From positions 159,464,001-159,528,000 of the forward strand of contig NC_091476.1 in NCBI RefSeq assembly GCF_036971445.1: DNA of 64,000 bases, given 5' to 3'. The DNA comes from Narcine bancroftii (taxonomy: Eukaryota). Made by a program: the position numbers and the translations under genes. Below are positions 24,898 to 38,019 of this stretch, one piece after another; the first letter of the stretch is position 1; every line of letters starts with the position of its first letter. The notes below the pieces were generated by a model that was not told where the DNA came from, made no database searches, and saw nothing but the letters and a program-made list of their open reading frames with translations.

Positions 24898-26657
24898 CAG
24901 GCAGTCCCTGTGTAACAAACTTACAGACAACCTGTACTTACGAACTGACTGTTCCCCCAATTCGTGCATGCATATAATATTACCTCATGAATGCCATTTC
25001 AGGTATGCAAGACAGTGATGAAACAAGAGTAAGTGTTAACTTTTAATCATGATCTTTGAAAGCTGCTGGACCAAATAACAACATTCCAGTCAGAGTCCTC
25101 AGGGGAAGTTCAGCTTAGCTTCTCCCTGAGAAGCGCTGAGGTCCCAATGTGCTTCAAAGCCTCCACCATTGTCCCGTACTGAAGAAGTCATCTGTGTCCT
25201 GCCTCAATGACTACCAACCTATCACATTCACATCTACCATCATGAGGAGCTATGAGAGGCTCGTCATGGGGAACATCAAGCTTCTGCTGCCCCTTTCACT
25301 GGACTCCCTGCAGTTTGCATACAGATCTAACCGCTCTATGGATGATGCCATTGCCACCACCCTCCATCTAGCCTTCACCCATCAGGAAAAAAAGGCTTCG
25401 CAAGTTTGAATGCTGTTTATTGTCTTCAGTTTGGCATACAACACAATTATTCCTGAAAGGGAAGAAGAGCCTGTTGGGTCTAAACACCTCCCTCTGCAAT
25501 TGGATTCTTGACTTCCTGTCGGGGAGAACTCAAGCAGTCTGGATCGGAAACAGCACTTCCAGGACCATCACACTGAGCACGGGCCCCCCAACCCTCCCCC
25601 ACCCCCAACTCCCAGCCCCCCGCCCTCAGGGCTGCGTGCTTATCCCACTTCTGTTCACTCTGCTGACAAAACACAGCTCGAACCACGTCATCAAGTTCGC
25701 TGACAACAAAACCATGGTGGGCCTTATTAATAAAAATGATGAGTCAATGAACAAGCATAAGGTGCAGACCCAACAACCCTGTATCTGAATGTTAATAAAA
25801 CAAAAGAGATGGTTGTTGACTTCAGGAGAGCCCAGGTGGACCATGCTCCACTGACCATTGTCGGCACTACCGATGAGGTCGTCAAGAGTATCGAGTTCCT
25901 TCGTGTGCTCTTGGCGGAGAGCCTCAACTGGTCCCTTAACACCAACTCCACAGCTAAGAATGCCCAGCAGTCCCTCTACTTCCTGCGAAGGCTGAAGAAA
26001 GTTCACTACTTTCTACAGACTCACTACATTTTACAGAGGATGTACTGAGACCATCCTGAACAATTGCCTGGTTTGGAAGCTATACCCCCTCAGACCATAA
26101 TACCCTGCAAAGGAGAGTAAAATCAGCAGAGAAGATCATTGGGGGCTTTCTTCCTATCATGACAGACATCTACAGCATACGATGCACATGGAAAGCAATA
26201 ACATTGTGAAGGACTCCACACACCCCTCACGTAAACCTTTCTTCCTTCTGCCACCTGGTAGGAGGTACCATAGCTCTTGGGGCCCTTATGTCCAGATTGG
26301 GCCTCAGAGTTTCTTCTCCCAAGCCATCAGACTCCTGAATTCCAGAACATATGTGGATAATGTGCCATGGACTTTCATTCTATATGTCTTAAAATTTTAA
26401 CTTTTATTTTAACTTATATTTATGTAATTTGCTCCGTGGTCCTGGAGAAACGTTATCTCATCTTCACTGTGCACTGAACAATAAATAAAGGTGATTTAAC
26501 TTGACCGTTTTTTCTTTAGATAGGTAAAATATATACTATAAAGTAACATTTGACTAACTAAAAATTATAATTAAAAATCATATGTACCTGCTCCAACTTA
26601 CCTACAAATTCGACTTAAAGACAGACTTAGGAACGGAACTCATTCGTAACCTGCCTG
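24898..26657. mobile_element. Tigger/pogo-like MITE (TA TSD) carrying a Rex/Babar insertion
   Basis: TA|CAGGCAG...CTGCCTG|TA termini with TTACGAAC/TTCGTAAC subterminal motifs; the CR1 sequence rejoins across the TA. Confidence 0.75.
25130..26505 (+). mobile_element. Rex/Babar LINE (RT to 3' tail)
   Basis: CLNDYQPI...[55 protein letters not shown]; tail AATAAAGGTGA..TAACTTGA. Confidence 0.9.
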
Positions 26658-28256
26658 TACTTCAAATTTGACATCACCAATGTCTTATACAATTTTACTA
26701 TAACATCACAACTCCTATACTAAATACTTTGATTTATGAAGGCCAATATCCCAAAAGCTCTCTTTATAACCCTATCCACCTCTGACACCAGTTTCAGGGA
26801 ATTATATATCTGTATTCCCAAATCCCTCTGTTCTACTGTACTCCTCAGTGCCCTACCATTTACCGTGTATGTCTTTCTTGGCTTGTCCTTCCAAAATGCA
26901 ACACCTTGCACTTGTCCACTTATAAATTCCATCTGCCATTTTTCAACTCATTTTTCCAGCTGGTCCAGATCCCTCTGCAAGCTTTGAAAACCTTCTTCAC
27001 AGTCCACAATGCCTCCAATCTTAATGTCATCTGCAAACTTGCTGATCCAATTTACCTGATCATTGATATAGATGACAAATTACAATGATTTCACCACCAC
27101 ACCCTGAGACACACCACTAGTCACAGGCCTCCAGTCTGAGAAGCAATCATCCACCACTACTCTCTGGCTCCTCCCGTTCAGCCATTATCGAATCCAGTTC
27201 ACTACTTCACAATGAACAGATCTGTAATTTCTTGACTAACTTCCCACGTGGAATCTTATCAAAGACCATACTAAGTCCACATCTAAATCTTTTCCTTTGT
27301 CAACTTTCCTGGTAACCTCCTCAAAAAACTCTATAAGATTGCTCAAACATGTCCTTCAATGCACAAAGGCATATTGACTATCCAAATACTTGTATATCTG
27401 ATCTCTTAGAACACTTTCCAATAGTCTACCTACTACTGACATCAAGCTCACTGGCCTATAATTTCCATGTTTACTTTTGGAGCCTTTTTTAAACAACAGA
27501 ATAATGTGAGCTACCCTCTAATCCTTTGGCACCACACGCATGGCTAAGGACATTTTAAATCTTTCTGCCAGACCCCTACAATTTCTACACTAGCCTCCCT
27601 TAAGGTTCACAGGAATATCTTGTCAGGCCCTGGGGTTTTATCCACCCTTATTTGCTTTAAAACAGCCAGCACTTCTTCCTCTTTAAATCTGTATAAGTTG
27701 TTTTCCTTACTTCCCACAACTCTGTTTCCTGAGTGAATACTGATGAAATAAAAACATTTAAGATCTCCTCTATCTCTTTTGGCTTCAAACAAAGCCGACC
27801 AATCTGATCTTCAAGGGGACTAATTTTGTCCCTTACTATCCTTTTGCTCTTAAGATATTGTCTGCCAAAGGAACCTCGTGTCTTTTTTTAACCTTCCTGA
27901 TTTATTTCTTGAGGTTTTTCTTGCATTTTTTATACCCCACAAGTATTTCCTTTGCTCCATGTTGCCTATACCTACTATACACCTCTCTATTGTTCCAAAC
28001 AAGATCACCAATATCTCTGGAAAACCAAGGTCCCTATTCCTTCTAACCTTGCCTTTAATCCTGATGGGAACATACAAACTCTGTATTCTCAAAATTTCAT
28101 CTTTGAAGATCCACCACTTACCTCGCACATCCATGCCAGAAAATAAATTTCCAATCCATGGATTCTAGATCGTTTCTCATTTCCTCAAAATTGGCCTTTC
28201 CTCCATTTAGAATCTCAACCCGAGGCACAGACCTATCCTTCTCTAGAATTAATGGC

Positions 28257-28645
28257 TGTATGTTGAACTCTCCACTGGCCACCATGACAGAGGGGCTCCG
28301 AATAAGAGGTACAAGGACTCTCCGAAGTAATCCCTTGATGCCTGTCACACTGGCCGTCGCCAGTGCTCTGCTCTAGCCTCTGATGACGCAGCCTGACAAC
28401 ACACCATTCACCAGTCTGTCTTCTCCTTCGAGAACACACACAGGGCGGGTCTTGAGGGACAAAAGGAAATGGAGGAAGAACCGTGATACAGCAGCACCAA
28501 ACCCAGAATGGAATTTCCCTTGCTGCCACTGTGGCCGGGCATGACTGTCCTGTATTGGCCTCGTCAACCACCAGCGAACCTGCAGCATATGTGGAGAGCC
28601 CCCTTCCTAAATCTTCATTCGTGAAGCCAAGCCATGATGATGATG
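28257..28645 (+). mobile_element. Older RTE subfamily 3' end
   Basis: Diverged homolog of 31280-31656 (ELSTGHHDRG...CCHCGRA*LSCIGLVNHQRTC), (GAT)n tail, 6-bp TSD AATGGC at 28251-28256 and 28646-28651. Confidence 0.85.
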
Positions 28646-29321
28646 AATGGCATCATGATTAGTGGACCCAAAATGTTCCCCTACTTCTGACACCTGTCCT
28701 GTCTCGTTCCCTAACAGGAGATCCCTCGCTGATTGGTACCTCTATATATTGATTTTAAAAATTTTCCTGAACACATTGGACAAACAGTATCAGAGTTCCA
28801 GTCAATATGTGGAAAATTAAAATCTCCTACTATCACAACCTTATGTTTGTGATTTAATTTTCTGCAAAGGCATACTGTTAGCACATTACTTGATGTGCTT
28901 TCAACAATACAACTGTCACAACATGGTTGGGGAAATTATGAAAGGTGCTGTATAAATCTAACTCTTCTTAATATATTGAAAGCCTCCTAGTTCCTCTCAT
29001 GTTTTCCCATTCTTCCCCAGATTTCAGGAAATGTTATATTTCTCATTGCCATTAATCATGCAATGTTTATACTTCTGGACTAGGTTCGGTGAAATCGAAA
29101 CCTAACTTCTCATCTTTTCAATCTTGGCCTTATGTAACCACTTAACTATTACATTTCAATTGCTACAAACCATAGTTAAATCTCCGACACACCTTTTGAT
29201 CTGTTTTCAATTCAATGTGCTGAGTTTCACCTAGAATATTAGAAAGAACTTAAAAAGTTTGAGTGAGCAGCACAAATTTACTCAAAGAATAAAGGTTTAA
29301 GATAGCATGAACCGAATTGAG

Positions 29322-29476
29322 TGAATAGCTTGCTTCCATGCTTACATGACTCTAAGATTTGAATAGTTTGCTTCCATGCTTACATGACTCTAAGATTTGA
29401 ATAGCTTGCTTCCATGCTTACATGACTCTAAGATTTGAATAGCTTGCTTCCATGCTTACATGACTCTAAGATTTGA
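29322..29476 (+). repeat. 38-bp tandem repeat, 4 copies
   Basis: Unit TGAATAGCTTGCTTCCATGCTTACATGACTCTAAGATT starting at 29322, 29360, 29398 and 29436; one substitution in copy 2. Confidence 0.97.
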
Positions 29477-30369
29477 TATTGTCAAAGTGATCTGCAGTGT
29501 TTCCTGTAAGGAACATTTTTTATGCCACAATATTGCCAGTATCATTGGGCAGTGAGTGTAATTTATATTGGAAAACAATATGAGCTTCTTACAATCATCA
29601 AGGCTCCTGACTTAACCATTGAACCAATGGTTCAATGCTCAAGTTATGAAACTTTAATAATTGATTTGCTCTCCTACCCTGCTGTCTCAAAAAATTTCTC
29701 CCCTCTCTTCTTCTATTCCCTTTAATGTTGTACCATTTAATTTTGTGGAGTTTATTCCTCATTCCTCCTCCCATGAATTCAAATGGACTAAGGTTCCTTG
29801 CAAGAAAGTTTTCAAAACCAATGCAATAAAGGGTGAGTTGAGGCGGCCAATTTTCTTATTTGCATCTGCCTATTAGTACACTTATGAAAAGCATATGAAA
29901 AGTGTGCCCACAATGAACTTCAATGAACACATATCATAAAGCAACATTTAAAATGAAAATGAAAATAACCTGATCTGTGTGGTTTGATTTCACCTGAAAT
30001 TACTTTTACTGATTAAAACCATTCTGTGGTTCGTGGGTTTCAGCAAAAGGTGAGGGTGCAATGAGAGAGATGCCCATGACTACTTTGGAGAAGGGATGGG
30101 AGCACAAAATCTGAATGATCCCACATGGAGGGAACAATTGTCCCAGGGCAATAAAAAACTTGGACTACAAAGAGTCCTTGGTCTGAATTGGGTTAATGTT
30201 GCTCCAAAATGAACAATTATAGAGTCCCTCCGAGTCCTCAGTCCAGTAAAGAGAATTGGCTGAGATATTTGATGTTGATTGGCATCCAGCATGGAATTTA
30301 TTTTCTGTAATCAGAGTTTACAGTATACAGCCACACTAGAGAGGGTTCTCGATCTGATCATCTGTAACT

Positions 30370-31770
30370 ATCCACATGAGATTCTTCTTCAAGAAGACTA
30401 GAAGCATCATAAGGGACCCCCAATCATCTTGTCCATGTTCTTTTTTCACTGCTCCCTTCCAGCAGAGGTACAGAAACCTGATGTTTGGCACCTCTAGGTT
30501 CAAGAATAGGTACTTTCCAACAGCCAAGAGTCTCTTGAAGCTCCCCACTCTATCCCCCTTAACCCCAACTCTACGCATAAAGTTTTCCAGGACCACTAAA
30601 AGATTTGCCTACACTCTTGCTGTGTCACTTTATTTTCTTGCATAAACTGTGACTAAATATTTACTATCTATCCTTCAATATTTATTTTCTTTTTTTCTCT
30701 TGACATTTTGTGGTAATTTAATGTCTTGACGTCCTGTTTTGCGGAAACTGCCAAAATGTTTGGCCTGGAAGTCAGCCTGAAGAAAACTGAGGTCCTCCAT
30801 CAGCCAGCTCCCCACCATGACTACCAACCCCCCCACATCTCCATCGGGCACACAAAACTCAAAACGGTCAACCAGTTTATCTATCTCAGCTGCACCATTT
30901 CATCAGATGCAATGAGATAGACAACAGACTCGCCAAGGCAAATAGCGCCTTTGGAAGACTACACAAAAGAGTCTGGAAAAACAACCAACTGAAAAACCTC
31001 ACAAAGATAAGCGTATACAGAGCCTTTGTCATACCCACACTCCTGTTTGGCTCCGAATCATGGGTCCCCTACCGGCATCACCTACGGCTCCTAGTACGCT
31101 TCCACCAGCGTTGTCTTCGCTCCATCCTCAACATCCATTGGAGCGCTTTCATCCCTAACGTCGAAGTACTCGAGATGGCAGAGGTCGACAGCATCGAGTC
31201 CACGCTGCTGAAGATCCAGCTGCGCTGGGTGGGTCACGTCTCCAGAATGGAGGACCATCGCCTTCCCAAGATCGTGTTCTATGGCGAGCTCTCCACTGGC
31301 CACCGTGACAGTGGTGCACCAAAGAAAAGGTACAAGGACTGCCTAAAGAAATCTCTTGGTGCCTGCCCCATTGACCACCGCCAGTGGGCTGATCTCGCCT
31401 CAAACCGTGCATCTTGGCGCCTCACAGTTTGGCGGGCAGCAACCTCCTTTGAAGAAGACCGCAGAGCCTACCTCACTGACAAAAGGCAAAGGAGGAAAAA
31501 CCCAACACCCAACCCCAACCCACCAATTTTCCCCTGCAGCCGCTGCAACCGTGTCTGCCTGTCCCGCATCGGACTTGTCAGCCACAAACGAGCCTGCAGC
31601 TGACGTGGACTTTTACCCCCTCCATAAATCTTCGTCCGCGAAGCCAAGCCAAAGAATGTATACTATTGCAGTCGGTGTATCTATCATACTTGTTGAGCTG
31701 GTGCAGGTAAAAATTTAGGGGAATCTGTATGTCATGCTCATTCATATGACAAAAAGCTCTCATCATCTCA
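30370..31770 (+). mobile_element. Old Rex/Babar 3' end split by the RTE insertion
   Basis: KKTRSIIRDP...RYRNL...TSRFKNRYFPTA; the 3' UTR resumes after 31656. Confidence 0.7.
30726..31656 (+). mobile_element. Young 5'-truncated RTE-clade LINE
   Basis: FGLEVSLKKTEVLHQP...RLAKANSAFGRL...QLRWVGHVSRMEDHRLPKIVFYGEL...C2H2 finger; CpG-rich; essentially one frameshift near 30912. Confidence 0.95.
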
Positions 31771-33589
31771 TATCATTACTTCAAGACCGCCCTTCTGATT
31801 CTGACCATTTCTTGCACTACAACTAATTGTGAATATTTATTAGTTTGTTTCTCTTCCTTTAATATTATTTAATATGTTTTACACTTTGCATGACTGGGAA
31901 GCTGTGGCAAGTAAGACTTTCTTTGCACCTGTACCTTATACTTTTTGTATATGACAATAAACTTGAAGCTTCCTTAGTTCTAATTTCTTCTTCATCTGGG
32001 GGCTGAGTGCGTGATTGTAATTTTCAGGCATGGAATTGATACAAAATCTATGAAGGGAGTAAAATTACCAGTAGCATCAGCACTGGGCTCTACTTGCAGT
32101 CCTCTTTTTCTCCAACCAACTTGTTCTCCTATCGCCACAGCACCGAGACAGTGAATATTGCTTATCTACGTTGTGCCCACTGAACAAGAGAAATCCAATC
32201 CAGCTCGTTACTCTTTCAAATGTCACTCAATGAGCAACAAAACTGTGGAAAAACTCATCAAACTCAGCTACCAGATAATGTTTACCTATGACCCTTGTCT
32301 TCTTGAAGTATTTATCTTGCAATATACATGAGAATTTTGTAATGCTGATTAATAATTTGCTCAAAATATACACCTTATGTGTTCCTTTAAGCCCACTAAA
32401 TACCACAGTCTTATATTAACCTTCTGAAGATATTTAACTCCATTTCAACTTGCTCTCTCATTGTGGAGCACTAAACTGAAATACATGAGAAGGTGCAGAG
32501 ACTCAGTGGGTCCATGAAGAGAAATGGACAGTCAACATTTCAGGTTGGGATCCTTTCTTGTGTGCCTCTAAAACAACTAGGAAAGTAATGTAATCATGAT
32601 AGATACTTAAATTGGGAAAGCATGGAAAGATATGGTCATAATGCGGGCAAATAGGATTAGTGTAGATAGGCAAAAAGGTGGACAAGGCTACTCATTTCTT
32701 TACTGCTCAGTTTGCCCAATCACAAGCTCCCCTTCCTCGACCGCTGGTCCTCTCACACTTCCGATCAACTCAGCCCCAGTTCTGAATTTCTATGTGGTGG
32801 ACTGTGGAAAGGAAAAAAATGAAAGACAGCATCCAAAGCCCCTAAATTTAAATTCTCTAAATTTTGTTTGACATGTCCATGACAGAAACCAGCCGCTGAC
32901 TCAACTTTCAATGCATGAACCTATTTCTAGGCCTTCACCTTTATAAAGTATTGAAACATTTTTTTTCTGATCACCATTAATGAACTCTGCTTCCGATCCA
33001 ATGATTCCCTTCTTGGAGAACATTGAATGTAATGAGGGCCTTCAAGTTCTTCTCCAATTCATGCAAAATTTTGACATAGGAGTATCTTGTTGTCCCTTCA
33101 TTGGAATTGGAAGAGCACAGGGAGAAGTAGTGTCACTAAGAAGACGGAAGCAGTTCCAGAGCTGGTGCACCATTGGGATGTATGGTAAACGCTTGCCTTG
33201 CCAATGTGTATGCATTCCATGAATGCTAAAGCAAACAAAATCTGGATTTTGGTACTATTTTTGCAGTGATATAATTATCCTATTCCTAAATGTGAAGAAA
33301 TGTCTGCTCATTTCCCTCTGGACAGTCGCAAAAGAAACACACAAAGAAACATGATCAGTTCCCTTGCCCAGCCCCACCAAAACACCCATATTCACTCACC
33401 ACCTGGTTCTCCCAGTATGTGTTAATGTTGCATTCAATAATTAGAAACAGCCAAAGAGAAAAAAAGTGTAAGTCAAGGGCCTACTCTTCATCTGATAAGT
33501 CATTCCAGAATACTTACTCACCCCAAGTTTGAACTTGTCTGTGGCCTCCCAACAGTCATATAGGCTGGTTTGGAAAATCTCCATTAGTT

Positions 33590-36040
33590 TCCACATTGTC
33601 ATCAGCAATTTCATGTCATCAGCAAACGTAGATACACTACACTCTGTCCCCTCTAGCAGATCATTAATATAAATTTTGAACAGTTCCAGGCCTAGTACCA
33701 AGCCCTGTGGCACTCCGCTCACCATTGTAATGCCAACCACAAAATCATCCCTGTATTCCAGCTCTCTGCTTTCTATTGGTTAACCAATCCCCTATCCATG
33801 CTAATACATTAGCCACAACTCTATGCATCCTTATCTTAGGTATAAGTCATTTATGCAGCAATTTATTCAATGTCTTCTGGAAATCCAGGTAAGCAATGTC
33901 CTTCTGCTCCCCTCTATCTATCGAACAAATTATATCCTCAAAGAACTCCAGTAAGTTTGTCAAACAGGACCTGCTTTTGCTGAATCCATGCTGGGTCAGG
34001 TTGATGGATCCGTTTCGCTCCAGATGTCTCACTATTTCTTCTTTAATGAGAGCTTCAAGGGCATTTTCCCAACTACAGATGTGAGCCTAACTGGCCCACA
34101 GTTCCCTGCCTTTAGCCTACATCCTTTACTTTTCAAAAAATATACCTAGTAACATTTTAAATATACAATATATTAAACTTTTTCTCACAAGCACAACAAA
34201 CAAAAACAAAAGTGTCCCTCCGTCTCCCCCTCCCCCCTTCCATACATACAGATCCGTTCACCGTCAGAGCTTACATACATTTTAAGTATAAAGTGTAAAG
34301 TTGGGGAAACAACGTTTCTGTGTATATAATATAGTGCCTCATCCTTTTTAGAATAGCGCTGTAACATTGCCATCTTCTAATCTACAGGACCTGCTCAGAG
34401 TCCAGAGAATTTTGGTAAATTATCACCGAAGCATCTACCATAACTTCTGCCATTTCTTCCCGTATGCTGAAATGCATTCCATCAGGTACAGGGGACTTAC
34501 CTATCTTTAGACCCTCAGGTTTTTTCAGTACCACCTCTTCACCTCCCATCACATCTATAACATCTGTCTTTGGCATGGTCCTCCAATGTGAAGACCGACT
34601 CAAAATAGTAAATCAAAGCCACAGTCATTTCCTCATTACTCAATTTCAATTCCCCCTTCACATCCTCCTTGGGACCAACCTGCACTTTAGCCTTCCTTTT
34701 AATAATTATAAAAACTTTTATTGTTCACCTTTATATTTTGTGCTAATATTTTTCATAGTCTGCCTTCCCTCTCTTTATTGCTCAGTTCATGGTTCTTTGT
34801 TCCTTTTTATAGTTTTTCCAATCTTCCATTTTCCTGCTGCTCTTGACAATTTTGTACATTCCCTTAGTTATCCAAGTTAACTGTTCCCGGCCTTACCATC
34901 CTTGCTTTTAACAGGATTGTACTTTCGTTGATCAGTGTTTAAAATCTCTTTGAAAGTCTTCTACTGTTCCTCAATCGTTCCTCCATATAACCTGCATTCC
35001 CAGTCTACCCTGGTCAACTCCTCCCTCATCCCCTTGTAGTTTCCTTTGTTTAGGTATTATACATTGGTTTTAGACCCAACTATTGAACCCTCAATTTGTA
35101 TGATAAACTCAATCATACTGTGATCACTCTTTCCAAAAGGATCGGTAATTTTACCTGTCTCATTGCACAGGGCCAGATCCAAGATAGCATGCCCTCTTGT
35201 AGGTTCAATAACATGCTGTTCAAGAAAGTCACCACGTATGCATTCAATGAAGTCCTTTTCAATGTTGCCTCAACCAACCTGATTGACCGAGTCGATGTGC
35301 ATGTTAAAGTCCCCCGTGATGACTGCAGTTCCACCCTTACATACCTCTGATATTTCTTGGTTGATTGCCTGTGCCACTGTAATGCTATTAATGGGTGGTC
35401 TATAGACAACTCCCACCAGTGATTTTTTTTCCTTTTACTATTCCTAATCTCCACCCAGATGGATTCAACATTTTTCTCCTTAGATCTTGCATCATCTCTC
35501 ACTATTGCCCTGATCTCATCCTTAACTAAGACCATTACCCCACCTCCCTTACTTCCATCCCTGTCTTTCTGTATTACCTGATATCCTTGAACATTTAATC
35601 CCCAATCCTCTCCACCCTGCAACCATATATCTGTAATGGCCACTAATTCATGCCCCTTTGTACTGATTTATGCCACAAGTTCACTGACCTTGTTTCGAAT
35701 ACTACAGGTATTCAGATAAAGTGCCCCTTATAATCATTGTGCTTTTAAAATCAGGTGATCTTTGCTTCTTTTAGCCTTGACTTTTATCGACCCTAATCTT
35801 ACTTTTCTCTTTAACATTCTTCTCTTTTATTTCATTCCCATGAATGAATTGCCCATGAATTGGAACCTAGTTCTCCCACACCAATCCTTGAGGCATGCAT
35901 TTAACTCTCTAATATTCTGGACCCTGTGCCAATTTGTATGTGCCTTTTGTAGTAATCCAGACATTACCACTTTTTAGTTCTGCTTTTCAATTTAGCCCCT
36001 AGCTCCTCAAGGTCCCTTAGCAGAAGTTCTTTCCTCAAAT
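33590..36040 (-). mobile_element. CR1 LINE, fragmented (ORF1 remnant, APE endonuclease, RT)
   Basis: AITDIWL...GYQVIQKDR...KGGGV.VLVK...ESIWVEI (APE); QHGFSKSRSCLTNLLEFFE...YLDFQK; [10 protein letters not shown]...FADD. Confidence 0.9.
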
Positions 36041-36222
36041 CTTTAAACCAGGATTGCTGGAGTGGTGAGGCATCAGCACCACCTGTTGTGCCACCAGGCA
36101 TGATGTTGGCTAGAAATATCAATCATTTCAAAAGCATTGCCTCTGGGTCCTTTTGCGCCTGATACCTGAAGACTCACTGGTGCCTCCCACTATAGTCACA
36201 CTGCTTATTTTGGGCTGCTACC

Positions 36223-36673
36223 TGTAAGGTAAAACATCATGAGATGGGAATGTGTAAGGAGTTACCCTGTGCAGGGCTGTAACAAGAAGGGGAGGTGTCC
36301 TTGTACTCCTGTTAGGTAAAACATCATGAGATGGGAATGTGTAAGGAGTTACCCTGTACAGGGCTGTAACAAGATGTGAAATGCATCCTTGTACTTACAA
36401 GATAAGAGAGACATTGATGGATTGAGAGGCAGGAAGCTAGCAGGGAAAGGATAGCAACAGTTTTAGTCATTGGACAAGTAATGATATGATGATGTTCTAA
36501 GCACGTATCCAAGGGTATAAAAAATCACCATTTTGCTGATAACGGCAGAATGCATTCTCCGACTAACATGGTTAGTTGCAAGTGTTACAATCCGGTAATA
36601 AAGAACAAAGAACCCTGATTTCGACTCAGTCTGGTGTTTGTCTCACTCATTCATGAACAAAGCAGACCTAACA
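36223..36673 (+). mobile_element. Solo LTR (451 bp) with 4-bp TSD
   Basis: TGTAAGGT...ACCTAACA termini, TSD TACC on both sides, TATAAAA at 36516, AATAAA at 36597, and an 87-bp-period duplication at the 5' end. Confidence 0.88.
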
Positions 36674-38019
36674 TACCACAGTCGAGAGTAATCGTCAAGT
36701 CATTCTGTTACACAGAGATTTGGATGGTTTTAATGGAGTAAAATATGGGAAACCACCTTCCTTCCAATTGTAAGGAGTGCTCATGGCAGCTTTACTGCAG
36801 AGTGGTTGGAGAGTTGAAAAAGTAATTCACCATCCTGCTTGATCTTTATCCTGGAGTAGAAATCCACACTTTCCTTTCACACAGACCAATTGACTTCAAT
36901 AAATATGAAACTAAATTCTTTCATTGCCCACCAGATATTAATCAACTCTGTTAGAAGAGTAAAGGGGCAGCAGAGGAAGGAAAGCTGAATTTTGCAACAA
37001 TGGAATTTTTGTTCAAAATTATCCCTTATATTTCACCTTCTGTCATTTAGGTGGCTGTACCTGCACAATGATAAAAGAGCAGCTGGTCAATCAAGCAAAC
37101 AATGCCTCTCAGTAATTTTGCAACACATTTGCCTAGAAAACCCTGTAATCTTGACAAACTGTGGTAGATATTTATTCAAAGCAAAAGCATGTTTGAATCA
37201 TTTCAGTTATTCAAATATTTTTTCACCAAGTCTTAATTTATGAGGACAATGTGGTTCAGGAAAAAGAGATACTTAATTTGCTATGCTAAAATAACCATAT
37301 CAAAGGCCTTTTCTGATTGAATGTCAATCAGATAAAAAATCTATTATAATTTCTTATATCTCATGTGAAACGAATAATACAGGAAATGTAAATCTTCCTT
37401 GTGAAAACGCCGACATGTAACCTACTAAATTGAAAGCAATTATTTAAAAATACAAGCTTATCGAGGCATGTGGTTTTGGCCTTCCCAGAACCCTACCTGC
37501 ACTAAAAATGAATTTCGTGACAGGTTCATGACAAAAAAAATCTTATTCCAATTCTAAATACAATGCTTTCTCCTCAAAGTCTGAAAAGAATTCTTCAAAC
37601 ATCATACATTGTTCACCTCCATTTCACCTTTATGCTTCCCCTCCAAATGTTAAGATTCCTTCATAGTTGCTCCAGATCTTAATAAAATTTAAAACTAAAT
37701 TAAAAATACAAAACAAAAGACAGCAACAAACACACAACTCCTGTATAAGATTCAAGATTCCTTTATTGTCATGTAATAGAACAAAACTTAATATTACATG
37801 AAATTGCCTTCTACCTGCTGTCAGGCAAAGAGTCATCATTAGTGACTGCGGGCACCCCTTATTGCTTTAAGGTATTGCTTTAAGGTTGATATTTCACCAT
37901 ATTCAGAAGTCAAATAATACCCAACCACACATAGAAGAGCTAACGAAAGGGGACACAACATTCAATTACCTCTTGGGGTAATGCAGCAGGGAGAGTGACT
38001 TCACCCACTGGTTTTAAAA

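Larger units (their letters stand above)
24317..28850 (-). mobile_element. Long CR1 LINE containing nested Tigger-like MITE, Rex/Babar and RTE insertions
   Basis: Minus-strand CR1 motifs in order: NWGKANFEEMR, DKTPGPDKIF, EQRDLGIQI...KRAFGILAFI, KIERVQKRLTRMLP; continuous once the inserts are removed. Confidence 0.9.

Noticed and set aside
29322-29476. CRISPR-like array (38-bp repeats)
   Set aside because: Repeats are head-to-tail with no spacers, there are no cas genes, and the context is eukaryotic.
32700-32801. Strong minus-strand acceptor (ttttttcctttccacag)
   Set aside because: All three frames stop within ~40 nt and there is no good donor; not supportable as a coding exon.
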